Shown here: one piece after another, positions 18,748 to 28,392 of the stretch
How the letters are laid out: every line of letters begins with the position of its first letter
Numbering within the stretch: the first letter of the stretch is position 1
Assembly (NCBI RefSeq): GCF_008000775.2
Contig: NZ_CP042905.2
Location: forward strand, 1,620,001 to 1,652,000
DNA length: 32,000 nt
DNA from: Promethearchaeum syntrophicum
GTDB lineage: Archaea; Asgardarchaeota; Lokiarchaeia; Sigyniarchaeales; Promethearchaeaceae
Direction: 5' to 3'
Translations under genes and position numbers: made by a program
The notes under the pieces: model-generated
The model's database searches: none
Told to the model about the DNA's origin: nothing
Seen by the model: only the letters and a program-made list of their open reading frames with translations

Positions 18748-20076
18748 ATGTTAGGGGGAAAAGGGCGCTCGCTTGTTGTAATGGGGACATTTTTTCTAAC
18801 CTCTGGATTCGGCTTCAAAAATTGGTACATGATCATAATCGGGGTATTTTTTCTATTCTCTACATTCATTAGTCGACCGGCTTTTGAGTCATCGCAAAAT
18901 ATCGAGGAACTAAAGGTAACACGAACGCTAGATAATACTCGAATTTTTAGGGATGATTTTATGCACATTGTGGTCACTATCGAGAATACTGGGGGCAATC
19001 GGTTCGATTTCTTAGACATTTTTGATGAATTTCCTGTAGGTGCTTTCCGATTAGTTACAGGAGAAAACTACATTAGTACTCGAATCGATCCGCATAAAAC
19101 AATTAAGTTTTCATATATCCTTGCTCCACGGGTTCGTGGAGAATTCGAAATTGGCCCTCTTAATGTAACCATTCATGATAGGTTGGGTTTTAATGCCGAG
19201 AATCGAATCGTTCCAGACTCAATTACGGACATAATTATCTATCCTCCATATGAATTGATTAAAAGGTTAGAAATCATGGGAGCTCGCCGGGCGATAAGTA
19301 TGAGTTTCGGAGTTCACCAGACGAAAGTGAAAGGCACTGGAACAGACCTGAGAACCTTGCGCGCCTACGTCGAAGGTGATCAATACAGGCATATAGATTG
19401 GAAAGCGAGTATGCGCGTACAGAAGTTGATTGTTCGCGAGTTTGAAACCGAGAGAAACGTGTCGACCGTAATTTTAATTGATTCCAGCGAATCGATGGCA
19501 GGTGGTGCCGTAGATTACACAAAATTTGAAATGTCGGTAAAATCTGCAATGTTTTTAGCAAAAATTGCCATGGAACAACAAGATAAGGTAGGTATTGCTA
19601 CATTTAGTGACCGTAAAAGCTTTAGATGGCTTCGACCTTCAACTAAAAGTACGCATTTTTATGATATTATTTCATTCTTAGGGGAGGTTAGCCCTCGAGG
19701 GAGCAAAGAGATATTCTGGTCAATGGAAGAGTTTTCACGTCTCTATACCAAGCGTAGTTTGGTTTTTCTAATTACGGATTTGGAAATCGCAGCAATAGAT
19801 GTTATGGCTGCGGTTAGAAAATTAAGAACATACGGACATGCAGTTGTGATAGTTAGTCCTTTTAGCCCATGGTTCGAAATTCATGAATTAGAACTTACTC
19901 CAAGCGATAAAGCTCTCGCTGAGGCGATATCAGAAGAAATGATGTTACATATCTTGACTATCAAGAAAGACTGTCAGAAATTTGCAGTACCTGTAATTTC
20001 TGTTGCTCCGGATGACATGTTAAACGTGATTGCAAATGAGTATCAAGAAGCTAAGCGTGTAGGGAGGGCAGATTAA
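18748..20076 (+). CDS. DUF58 domain protein with vWA-like region
   Basis: 442 aa; two N-terminal hydrophobic segments, RRAISMSFGVHQTKVKGTGTDLRTLRAYVEGDQYRHIDWKASMRVQKLIVREFETERNVSTVILIDSSESM (DUF58 core and DxSxS MIDAS-like motif). Confidence 0.93.
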   Translation: MLGGKGRSLVVMGTFFLTSGFGFKNWYMIIIGVFFLFSTFISRPAFESSQNIEELKVTRTLDNTRIFRDDFMHIVVTIENTGGNRFDFLDIFDEFPVGAFRLVTGENYISTRIDPHKTIKFSYILAPRVRGEFEIGPLNVTIHDRLGFNAENRIVPDSITDIIIYPPYELIKRLEIMGARRAISMSFGVHQTKVKGTGTDLRTLRAYVEGDQYRHIDWKASMRVQKLIVREFETERNVSTVILIDSSESMAGGAVDYTKFEMSVKSAMFLAKIAMEQQDKVGIATFSDRKSFRWLRPSTKSTHFYDIISFLGEVSPRGSKEIFWSMEEFSRLYTKRSLVFLITDLEIAAIDVMAAVRKLRTYGHAVVIVSPFSPWFEIHELELTPSDKALAEAISEEMMLHILTIKKDCQKFAVPVISVAPDDMLNVIANEYQEAKRVGRAD

Positions 20077-20077
20077 G

Positions 20078-21652
20078 ATGGCACGATCAAACTGGATGTT
20101 ACCGACCTTACGAGGTGTTTCCATTGGCTTTTTGGTAATTTTAATCCTAATGCTTAATACGATTTATGAAGGGGATATCTTTAATATATTTTCAGTATTC
20201 GGTTTAATTGGTCAGCTCAGAGACATCTTATCATTTTTAATATTTATTGCAGTTTATTATGTTATATTCGGCATCGCATCGGGGGTTGGAATGCTTTTCT
20301 CATTATTTGGTTCGACGTATTTTAACTATAGTTACTTTGTTAATCTTACAAATGAAATAGTGCATAATGTAATTGGTGGATGGTTTTACTTACCTGATCC
20401 AACAACTGGTAATGCAATGATTGCTCCTACCGTTTCTGAGGCACTTGCAGGAGCGCAAGCAGTATATGGACTTATTAGTATGGATCTTTATCTTGTAATA
20501 CTTCAGATAATAGTTGCAATCATGTTCTTTTATGCGTTAAGGGCTTCATTTACCAGTAATCCAACAGATAGCATTACTACGGTTACTTTAATCAACTTAG
20601 TAATTATAATTCCTTTATTTTTCAACCAACTAAATAATGTTCTTTCTATATTCGTTCCAACAGGCAATGTTGGTTTCTTAAATAATATATTAAGCCATGA
20701 TTTACTCAAAGATGCGATATTTGTGAATGTAATTAATTTGAATTTCGGGGAATTTCTCATATCCCCTATTTTCTTAGTAGCTTTGGTTATGTTTTTGTAT
20801 TTGGAGTTTGTTTTCCAAGTTTCATATATAGATAAAGTAACCGCACCTTCAATTGAAAGGGAAGAGCGTTTAACGCGGCAGATTGAGGTAATGAAGGTTG
20901 AATCCTTGAAAGCGATATCAAGGATTAAAGCGGTAGAGGAAAAGAAGCGAGAAAAGAAGTTATTACAGCAAGCTAGTATGACACCAGAAGAAATGGAGAT
21001 AGAAAAAGAGAAGAAAAAACGGTTATCTTTACGTACTATGATGTCTGAAAAAGGACAAGCCGGATTTTCATTTATTTCTGAGTTAATTGAGAAGAAAAAA
21101 TTAGAAAAAGAAGAAGAACGCATGATGGAAGCCATGAAGGATACAAGAAAGGTTTCCAACTATTTAGAAAAACTTTTTAAGCAAGATCCTGAAGCAAAGA
21201 ATACATTAACTGCAAAAACTTCCGCTCCAAGTTCTACTCGCTTAATAGTATCAACATTTATAAGTTTGGGATCTCGAATTTTTCTAATAATTTTGCTCAC
21301 TTGGGCATGCGTTCATCCCTTTGCAATATATTCGATAATTTCACCTGATTCTATTGCATCCAGCGTCGAGCTTCAGACTTATGAAGCAGTTTTATCCATT
21401 TTAATTCCATTCTTGCTGGTAATTCCCTTTATTTCAACAATAATCAAAATTTCAAAGCATGCAAAATTAGAGGAAATTTTAAGACTTGAAGAAATTCGAC
21501 GTTCGGGACTAACCGAAGAAGAATTAAAAGAGTTACAAGCAAAACGTGCCAAGGCTGCTACTCAAGAAACCCAATTAGCGCGAGACCAAGATGCAGCTGC
21601 CGATCAAGCAAAAAAAACGGCGCAAAATGCACCAACTGGACAAAATCCATAA
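20078..21652 (+). CDS. multi-TM membrane protein with internal charged coiled-coil region
   Basis: 524 aa; starts 1 nt after the DUF58 stop; multiple hydrophobic segments, then EREERLTRQIEVMKVESLKAISRIKAVEEKKREKK..., then two more hydrophobic segments and an Ala/Gln/Lys-rich tail. Confidence 0.75.
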   Translation: MARSNWMLPTLRGVSIGFLVILILMLNTIYEGDIFNIFSVFGLIGQLRDILSFLIFIAVYYVIFGIASGVGMLFSLFGSTYFNYSYFVNLTNEIVHNVIGGWFYLPDPTTGNAMIAPTVSEALAGAQAVYGLISMDLYLVILQIIVAIMFFYALRASFTSNPTDSITTVTLINLVIIIPLFFNQLNNVLSIFVPTGNVGFLNNILSHDLLKDAIFVNVINLNFGEFLISPIFLVALVMFLYLEFVFQVSYIDKVTAPSIEREERLTRQIEVMKVESLKAISRIKAVEEKKREKKLLQQASMTPEEMEIEKEKKKRLSLRTMMSEKGQAGFSFISELIEKKKLEKEEERMMEAMKDTRKVSNYLEKLFKQDPEAKNTLTAKTSAPSSTRLIVSTFISLGSRIFLIILLTWACVHPFAIYSIISPDSIASSVELQTYEAVLSILIPFLLVIPFISTIIKISKHAKLEEILRLEEIRRSGLTEEELKELQAKRAKAATQETQLARDQDAAADQAKKTAQNAPTGQNP

Positions 21653-21670
21653 TTTTTTCTGGTAATTGGA

Positions 21671-21690
21671 TTTTTTTTTTCTTCTTTCTT
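21671..21690 (+). terminator. poly-T/polypyrimidine transcription terminator candidate
   Basis: TTTTTTTTTTCTTCTTTCTT just after the stop at 21652; archaeal termination is commonly at oligo-T tracts. Confidence 0.45.
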
Positions 21691-21776
21691 ACAAAACATT
21701 TTCTAACTGGCAGATTAGTCTATAGAAATTTCTAACCTGTTGATTAGAATAAAAAAAAATGGTGGGCAATACTTTC

Positions 21777-22655
21777 TTAAATTTCTTCACTTTCATCATT
21801 ATTGGAAATATTCATATATTTTTCTTGTATTAATTCTATAACCATTGAATTTGGTTGTTTTGGTGAAGAAATTTTGTTAGAATTGAAATTTAATGATTTT
21901 ATGGGTAATCCTTCTTTCGCTCGTAATCTATCATAAAACCAATATAGAATACGTTCTAAATTTACTGCATCCTCAATATTATATGCTAATAGAGTATCTA
22001 AATAACGTTTATCGTTTGTCAGTAGATATTCTTTCCATAGATAAATGGCTGTTTTACCATCTATTCCATCTAAATTCTTAGTATTTCGTGAAATTCCTAA
22101 ATAATTTTCAATCTGTTTTAATCCTCCAGATATACCCAGTTTTCTACTTATTTTAAATAGATCGAAGTGAATATGGTAGAAATTAAAACCAAGTTTACTC
22201 TCAATAAACGGAAGATCCATCTTTTCTCCATCAAAAGTTGCAATTGCATCAAATTTTTCCAGATAGGGGATAAATTCTTTCAGATTTTGGTCTTTTACAA
22301 AATATCTTATTTCAGTGCCATCGAACGTTGAAATTGTAGTGATTGAATCTTTGGTTATATCCAAACCTGTTGCTTCGATATCAAAATATAAAATTTTACC
22401 CTTTAAATTCGGAATTAAACGCCAAAGAAGGTCTTCTGGAAATTTTGTGATAAAGAAGTCATAATCTTCGTTTTCCAAAGCTTTTTTACACTGAATTACG
22501 TCTGTTCGTAATCGATTCCAAAGTTTTTTCGTAAAATTGGGATGATGTTGTGGAGTCTCTAATAATTTATCCCAATTAGTTATTCCGGATTGCCACAATC
22601 TTAATTCCCCTTTTCTGTAAACACCTGTAACTTGTTGAAATGTGCATTGAATCAT
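21777..22655 (-). CDS. RNase H-like 3'-5' exonuclease domain protein (YprB/RNase_H_2-like)
   Basis: DEDD-type motifs: ILYFDIEATGL, AIATFDGEKMDLPFIESKL, HFDLFKISRKL, YNIEDAVNLERI. Confidence 0.82.
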   Translation of the reverse strand: MIQCTFQQVTGVYRKGELRLWQSGITNWDKLLETPQHHPNFTKKLWNRLRTDVIQCKKALENEDYDFFITKFPEDLLWRLIPNLKGKILYFDIEATGLDITKDSITTISTFDGTEIRYFVKDQNLKEFIPYLEKFDAIATFDGEKMDLPFIESKLGFNFYHIHFDLFKISRKLGISGGLKQIENYLGISRNTKNLDGIDGKTAIYLWKEYLLTNDKRYLDTLLAYNIEDAVNLERILYWFYDRLRAKEGLPIKSLNFNSNKISSPKQPNSMVIELIQEKYMNISNNDESEEI

Positions 22656-22777
22656 AATTGAAGCAAAATCCGGTTCTTTGTAGGGTATAGTTTTCTGGTC
22701 AATGAAAGTCCATTTTTATATCTATTATGTTAATCTAGATTAGAAAGAAAATAATATTTATCTGTAGGTGATCAAGA

Positions 22778-23335
22778 TTGAATGAAAATATTTCCCCATT
22801 ATTTATTGTTGATGCGATGTTTGGAAAACTGGGAAAATTTTTACGTCTTTTGGGATTTGATACGGAAATTGCGAATTCCGATTTGAAAGATTCACAAATA
22901 TTTGAAATAGCACTTAAAACTAACAGGATACTTATAACACGAGATAAAAAGTTTTACGAAACTGCTCAATCACAATTAAAAAAGCGAAATTTATCCCCAA
23001 ATATGGCCTTATTCATCCCCTTTCAAGAGATTGTTGAAGAATTAGTGGAAATTTTCTCAATTTTAGGAATAGATCCAGAATCGTTTATATGGAAAGAGGG
23101 TGAAGATATTCCTTTTCAGTCATTTCAGTCAAGATGTTCAATGTGTAATCATGAATTAATAATTGTTGAAAAAATTTCAATTATCGAAAAAATACCATTA
23201 AATTCTGCTACTAATTTTATGAAGTTTTGGCAATGTACCAATGATAATTGTGGAAAAATCTATTGGATAGGCCGACATTGGGAAGATATCAGAAATAAAC
23301 TGATTAAAGTTAAAAGAATTATGCAAGATAGGTAA
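22778..23335 (+). CDS. Mut7-C RNase domain protein with C-terminal zinc ribbon
   Basis: PLFIVDAMFGKLGKFLRLLGFDTEIANSDLKDSQIFEIALKTNRILITRDKKFYE..., CSMCNHEL and CTNDNCGKIYWIGRHWEDI. Confidence 0.88.
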   Translation: MNENISPLFIVDAMFGKLGKFLRLLGFDTEIANSDLKDSQIFEIALKTNRILITRDKKFYETAQSQLKKRNLSPNMALFIPFQEIVEELVEIFSILGIDPESFIWKEGEDIPFQSFQSRCSMCNHELIIVEKISIIEKIPLNSATNFMKFWQCTNDNCGKIYWIGRHWEDIRNKLIKVKRIMQDR

Positions 23336-23373
23336 TAATTCCATCATATAATAATTATAAAAAAGGAATTATT
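23334..23373. terminator. inverted repeat between convergent genes, possible bidirectional terminator
   Basis: AATAATTCC (23334-23342) and GGAATTATT (23365-23373), perfect 9-bp arms separated by 22 nt of AT-rich DNA. Confidence 0.35.
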
Positions 23374-23755
23374 CTTGATGTAATAGCTTTTTGATAAATC
23401 CTGATGACATTGGTCGACTTTGAACCGATTGGAGTGTTTTTTGCTGAGCTGTCATAGATTGCTTCCAAGTTCTATATAATGCCCTTAAATACTCCGTTCC
23501 ATCAATTGTAAGGTCATAGAAGCCATAATCCGGTTTTTGAATTAAATTAACTTGCGCTAAGTGAGTGAGATGATTTGCCAAAGCCGTTTTTTGGAGATGA
23601 GTATGAGAGAGCAATTTTTGGAATGAACATGGACCGTCTAATAATACAATTAAAAGTGAAAACCGTTTTGGGTTTCCAAGTGCTTTTAGAATTGGAAATA
23701 AATCTTGAGCAACCTGTTCAATTGATATTTTTAATGTATTTCGTTCAATACTCAT
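23369..23755 (-). CDS. ArsR-type winged-helix transcriptional regulator
   Basis: LFPILKALGNPKRFSLLIVLLDGPCSFQKLLSHTHLQKTALANHLTHLAQVNLIQKPDYGFYDLTIDGTEYL. The track start is 23779; ATG at 23755 (MSIERNTLK) gives a 4-nt ATGA overlap with the upstream gene. Confidence 0.8.
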   Translation of the reverse strand: MSIERNTLKISIEQVAQDLFPILKALGNPKRFSLLIVLLDGPCSFQKLLSHTHLQKTALANHLTHLAQVNLIQKPDYGFYDLTIDGTEYLRALYRTWKQSMTAQQKTLQSVQSRPMSSGFIKKLLHQE

Positions 23756-24282
23756 CGTTTTCTCACCGGAATTAACCAATCTATCTCTGAATCAGGATTA
23801 TCTAAACCCTTAAACTTTATTCCATACCGTTGAATAACGTAAGGATAAGCTTGAGTATATTCTGATTTATCAGACCCAAGCCAATCTTGAAAAATATATT
23901 CTGCTATTGTATTTTCTGTCATTTTAGTAGTAAATTCTGCATATTGAGTACTGGGAAATTGTTTGATCATAAATTCCAGGGGAATTTCATCGAAGTAATC
24001 AATTAGAATTCCAACAAATACATAAAATTTCTTTGTTTGGGAGAAATTATCTGGTTCAAAATGGATTTCATAAGAATAATTCGGATGTTGATTGAGTTTT
24101 TCAAATATGAATTTATATTTGTTTGCGTAGCGCAAGAAACGTTGCCAAAGAATACCAATTTCATTTTCCGATGACCATTCACCAGCTGATTGAAAAGGAT
24201 TTCCATAAAATTCGCACCCTAAAAGCCGAAGTTGTATGGGTTCTGTGATTATTGGAATAAAATCTTTGTTTTGAGTTCCCAT
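23752..24282 (-). CDS. GyrI/AraC-type effector-binding domain protein
   Basis: QLRLLGCEFYGNPFQSAGEWSSENEIGILWQRFL...FYVFVGILIDYFDEIPLEFMIKQFPSTQYAEFTTK...IAEYIFQDWLGSDKSEYTQAYPYVIQRYGIKFKGLDNPDSEIDWLIPV. Confidence 0.78.
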   Translation of the reverse strand: MGTQNKDFIPIITEPIQLRLLGCEFYGNPFQSAGEWSSENEIGILWQRFLRYANKYKFIFEKLNQHPNYSYEIHFEPDNFSQTKKFYVFVGILIDYFDEIPLEFMIKQFPSTQYAEFTTKMTENTIAEYIFQDWLGSDKSEYTQAYPYVIQRYGIKFKGLDNPDSEIDWLIPVRKR

Positions 24283-24540
24283 GTTATAATTAAATTATAA
24301 GAATTTTAAATAAATAAACATTCCTAAAAAAAATGAATAGATTCACATAATTTAAATATCTTTTTTGCTGATTGTAACTTACTGCAATTCAATGGTTAAC
24401 AAGAAATAACATGAAAATATATTGAATCTGTTCGCTTTCGTTTAAAATTTATATAATTCGATCCAAACAGATGCATATTGTACTCTGAATTCAGTATACT
24501 CCAAGAAAATATAGAATTAAAATTAATAGTGAAAAAAATC

Positions 24541-25038
24541 ATGGTAAACGAAAATAAAAAAATTGTTTTGAATCCTATAGGATTCGTAAAAATGAATGAG
24601 AAAGAGGGTAAATTTTGGATTGAAATTAAGGAACAATTCAGACCTGCTCTTAAAGAATTGGAAAATTTCACCCATGCAAATATATTTTGGTGGGCTGATA
24701 AAAATGATACACCGAAAAGACGAGAAGTATTAGTATCGGATGATCTTCCTCCATTTTATGGTGAAAATGCACCTTCTATGGGAGTATTCGCCAATCGATC
24801 AGAATTCAGACCAAATCCAATTGCACTTACAGCATTACCGATAATTAAGGTAGATATTAAGAAGGGTGTCATTTATGTCCCTTGGATGGATGCCTTCCAA
24901 GATACTCCAGTTATCGATATCAAACCTTATCTCCCAATGACCGATATAATCGAATCTGCTGATTATCCTTCTTATTTGCAACATTGGCCGAAAAGTCAAG
25001 AAAAATCTGTAGAATTTTGGTCTCAACAAGAAAATTGA
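24541..25038 (+). CDS. TsaA/TrmO-like SAM-dependent tRNA methyltransferase family protein
   Basis: NPIGFVKMNEKEGKFWIEIKEQFRPALKELENFTHANIFWWADK...PSMGVFANRSEFRPNPIALTALPIIKV...DIKPYLP. The track begins at 24478; MVNENKK at 24541 is a plausible start. Confidence 0.83.
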   Translation: MVNENKKIVLNPIGFVKMNEKEGKFWIEIKEQFRPALKELENFTHANIFWWADKNDTPKRREVLVSDDLPPFYGENAPSMGVFANRSEFRPNPIALTALPIIKVDIKKGVIYVPWMDAFQDTPVIDIKPYLPMTDIIESADYPSYLQHWPKSQEKSVEFWSQQEN

Positions 25039-25118
25039 TAAAAAATCAGAAGTAACATTAATTAAGAAAATATTTTTTCTTTTTCTTTGAAAGTGTTTAT
25101 AGCTAAATAGTAAAAAAA

Positions 25119-26456
25119 ATGGAACCCATCAAAAAGCAAGAAAATCTTGACATTCATCTTGATAGCAGTAACGAGATTATCGTTGAAAGAAAAGTTACTG
25201 ATGATTTTAATGAAATGGTTAAAATTGTGTTTTGGAATAGCTTGGGGTTCCTATTTTATATTTTTATCATTCCCTATGTTACAGCACAAATTTTTGCTAT
25301 AGATGAAACCCTTGTCGGTTTAATAATTGCTGCCCAACCTATTGGACGTTTATTTACAACTCCCTTTGTTGGGTATTTAATAGATAAATCTTCAAAGAAA
25401 CGATTAGTATTGATAGGTTCATTAGGAAGAACAATATCTTATTCTATTATGTGGGTTTCAATAGGATTAAATTCACCTATTGGATTTGCTTCAGGGGTTT
25501 TTATTCAAGGTGTATTAGTAGGCTTCTTTTGGCCGCCCTTTAATACGTTAGTTGCAGAAAAATCTTCAAAATTTTATCGTTCGGAAGCTTATGGAAAAAG
25601 AGGGGGAATGATTGGTTATGGTGCAATTGTGGGAGGTCTTATTAGTTTTTCAATATTCAATCTTAGTGCAGAATTTTTACCCGGAAATGTCTGGATTCAA
25701 TATAGCCCTTTAATTCTTTTTGCATTATTGAATGCTTATGCAGGATTTAGATTTTATACTAAAGTAGATGAGAGTTTAAAATTTTATACCAATCCTCTAA
25801 TTACAGATTCTGAAACGCAAAATACTATGACAAAAAACTCAAAATCAAAAAAAATGATTGTAGGGTTTCTATTTCTATTTCTTGCAACTATGGTATCGGC
25901 AATGAATAAAGAGATTGGAGATCCATTTATTCAAATATTTATGCTTGAAGAAGTTTTTTATAACACTACTTGGGTAATGTTAGCCCTTTTCATAGCTCGA
26001 ACAATATCACTAATCCTTGCTCCGAAACTTGGAATAATGGGTGATCGACTCCCTCCACTTCTTGGAATTTCTATTTTAAGTATAATAGGTGCTCTATTAA
26101 CATGGTTCCTGATAAATACAGACAATCTCATAATTTTCTCATTATTATTGATTTTAGATTTTGCGGTTGCCCAAGCGGGATCGTTAATAATTCAAAATCT
26201 AATTAGTCGGATTTCTACCCGGAATCGAGGTAAAATCTTTGCTATCATCGAATGGATGAAATTATTGGGATGGATAATTGGTCCAATTATAGGGGGTGCA
26301 ACTTGGCAATATATTAGTCCACGAGCACCTTTTATTACATCAATTTTTATGGAACTTTCATTAATTCTGATTTATTATCTCGCAATTATGAATTTAGCAA
26401 GGTTCTTAGCAGAAAAAGTAAGAAAACCTCAAAAAGTAATAGTTTTAGATGAATAA
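25119..26456 (+). CDS. MFS transporter
   Basis: 445 aa with about 12 hydrophobic segments; GLIIAAQPIGRLFTTPFVGYLIDKSSKKRLVLIGSLGR resembles the MFS loop 2-3 motif. Confidence 0.85.
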   Translation: MEPIKKQENLDIHLDSSNEIIVERKVTDDFNEMVKIVFWNSLGFLFYIFIIPYVTAQIFAIDETLVGLIIAAQPIGRLFTTPFVGYLIDKSSKKRLVLIGSLGRTISYSIMWVSIGLNSPIGFASGVFIQGVLVGFFWPPFNTLVAEKSSKFYRSEAYGKRGGMIGYGAIVGGLISFSIFNLSAEFLPGNVWIQYSPLILFALLNAYAGFRFYTKVDESLKFYTNPLITDSETQNTMTKNSKSKKMIVGFLFLFLATMVSAMNKEIGDPFIQIFMLEEVFYNTTWVMLALFIARTISLILAPKLGIMGDRLPPLLGISILSIIGALLTWFLINTDNLIIFSLLLILDFAVAQAGSLIIQNLISRISTRNRGKIFAIIEWMKLLGWIIGPIIGGATWQYISPRAPFITSIFMELSLILIYYLAIMNLARFLAEKVRKPQKVIVLDE

Positions 26457-26483
26457 AAAAAAAAGGAAAAATAGTGAATTAAT

Positions 26484-28277
26484 TTAAGATTTTTTGTAAA
26501 GGTTTTCTAAATGTTCTCCATATTTCTTTAGAACGTTTCTTCTTTTCAATTTAAATGTTTGAGTTAGCATACTGTTTTCTAAAGTCATATCTTCAGTTGT
26601 AAAATAAAATTTCATTGGAATTTCGTAACCCCCAAACTTCCCTTTAAGGTGGGCTTTAATTTCTTTTCCTATGAGAATTTGGACTTCTGGAATTTGGATG
26701 ACCTTTTCTGGTGGAAGTGATAAATTTACTGCTTCAGCGTAAAGTTTCGCCTTTTCCATATCTGGAACTATTAAAGCAACATTATATTCCTTTCCGTCTC
26801 CATAAACCATGCAATTCGCTACCCAAGGGATTAATTTAATATACTCCTCGATGGCTGCTGGATGAACATATTTACCATTTAACAGTTTGTATTCGTTTTT
26901 TATTCGACCTGTGATAAAAACATAACCTTCTTCGTCAAAATGGCCAATATCTCCTGTTTTTACACCTTTAATTCCATTTTCATCTTCTACCATTATTGCT
27001 GCTGTTTTTTCTGGTTTATTTAGATATCCTTGCATTACAAATGGTGCAAAAGCAATAATTTCGCCTTCTTTCGTTATTTCCAACTTAACTTTTTCTATTG
27101 GTTTCCCAACACTTCCAAGTTTATGAAAGGAAGGACAATTCATACATAATGCAGGAGATGTTTCACTTAATCCGTAGCAATCGTAAATGGGAACACCAAT
27201 ATCATAGAAGAAATTTGCAATTTCAAGCTCTGTCTTAGCACTTGCTGTTAGAGAACATACCAATCGTGTTCCAAATCGTGCTCTAACCTTTCCGAAAACA
27301 ACCTTATCTAAGAGCTTAAATTTTAATCCCGCTTTTCCAGTTTCTCTCTTCTTTTTTGCAGCCTCTTTTGCCATATAGAATAATTTTTTCTTTATTCCAC
27401 CCTCTTCATCCATCAAACGATGGATTCCATCATAAATTTTATTAAATAATCTGGGAACAGAAATTAAATGAGTTGGATTGACCGTACTCAAATCTTCTGA
27501 CATATGTTCTACATCAGTAATCCCAATGGATGCACCTAAATAAGTAAATAGGCAGAGTTCCGCTGTCTGGGCGTATGAATGGGCCCAAGGTAATATACTT
27601 AAAGCTACACATTTCTCATTCAATTCAGGATAGATATTTCTTCCTGCCATCATATTATTTGTGACGTTGCCGTGAGATAGAATTACTCCTTTTGGATCTC
27701 CCGTGGTGCCTGATGTATAGATTATACATGCAATATCAGAAAATAAAGGTTCTTTTGGTGGTATTGGATGTTGCTCTCCCATTTTTTCTAAGGTTGCTAA
27801 ACTATTGTCAGCCTCACTTTCGATAATGTAAATTTTTTCTAAAGTGGGTATCTCATCAGCAAAATGTTTCATTTTCTCGTAAATTTCATTATTCGCTACA
27901 AAAAGTACTTTTATCTGACTGTCCTTAATAATATATTTCCAAGTATCTATCAATTCTTTCTCATACATAGGCACCCATTTTGCAATTAATCCAAAAGTTG
28001 CCATAGCACCTAGTATCCACTCCATTCGATTATTTGCGATTATTCCTACTGAATCTCCTTTTATAATACCAATTTTTTCTAAAGCAGCGCGCAAATTGTC
28101 AACACGTTTAGAAAAAATTTTATAGGTTATCCATTGGAAAACCCCTTTTTCATCTTTTTGTCCAATATAGGGTCGATCTGGGAATTTCTTTACCGTATCT
28201 TCTAATAATTTTACCCAATTATTGGGATCATCATATCGCATAATTGCAATATTTTTTCCATATTCTTCGTAAACCAT
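26484..28277 (-). CDS. long-chain acyl-CoA synthetase (AMP-forming), copy 1
   Basis: CIIYTSGTTGDPKGVILSHGN, YGLSETSPALC, GDIGHFDEEGYVFITGRIKNEYKLLNGKYVHP. The track start is 28313; MVYEEYGKN at 28277 matches the paralogue's start. Confidence 0.92.
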   Translation of the reverse strand: MVYEEYGKNIAIMRYDDPNNWVKLLEDTVKKFPDRPYIGQKDEKGVFQWITYKIFSKRVDNLRAALEKIGIIKGDSVGIIANNRMEWILGAMATFGLIAKWVPMYEKELIDTWKYIIKDSQIKVLFVANNEIYEKMKHFADEIPTLEKIYIIESEADNSLATLEKMGEQHPIPPKEPLFSDIACIIYTSGTTGDPKGVILSHGNVTNNMMAGRNIYPELNEKCVALSILPWAHSYAQTAELCLFTYLGASIGITDVEHMSEDLSTVNPTHLISVPRLFNKIYDGIHRLMDEEGGIKKKLFYMAKEAAKKKRETGKAGLKFKLLDKVVFGKVRARFGTRLVCSLTASAKTELEIANFFYDIGVPIYDCYGLSETSPALCMNCPSFHKLGSVGKPIEKVKLEITKEGEIIAFAPFVMQGYLNKPEKTAAIMVEDENGIKGVKTGDIGHFDEEGYVFITGRIKNEYKLLNGKYVHPAAIEEYIKLIPWVANCMVYGDGKEYNVALIVPDMEKAKLYAEAVNLSLPPEKVIQIPEVQILIGKEIKAHLKGKFGGYEIPMKFYFTTEDMTLENSMLTQTFKLKRRNVLKKYGEHLENLYKKS

Positions 28278-28392
28278 TTTAAAAATCTCTTCTATAGTAA
28301 TAAGATTTAACAATCGGATAGAATAAAAATAAAATTATTTCGATTCTTTATAAAAAAGTGAAATTGTAATTCAAATTAATTATTAAAATGGA

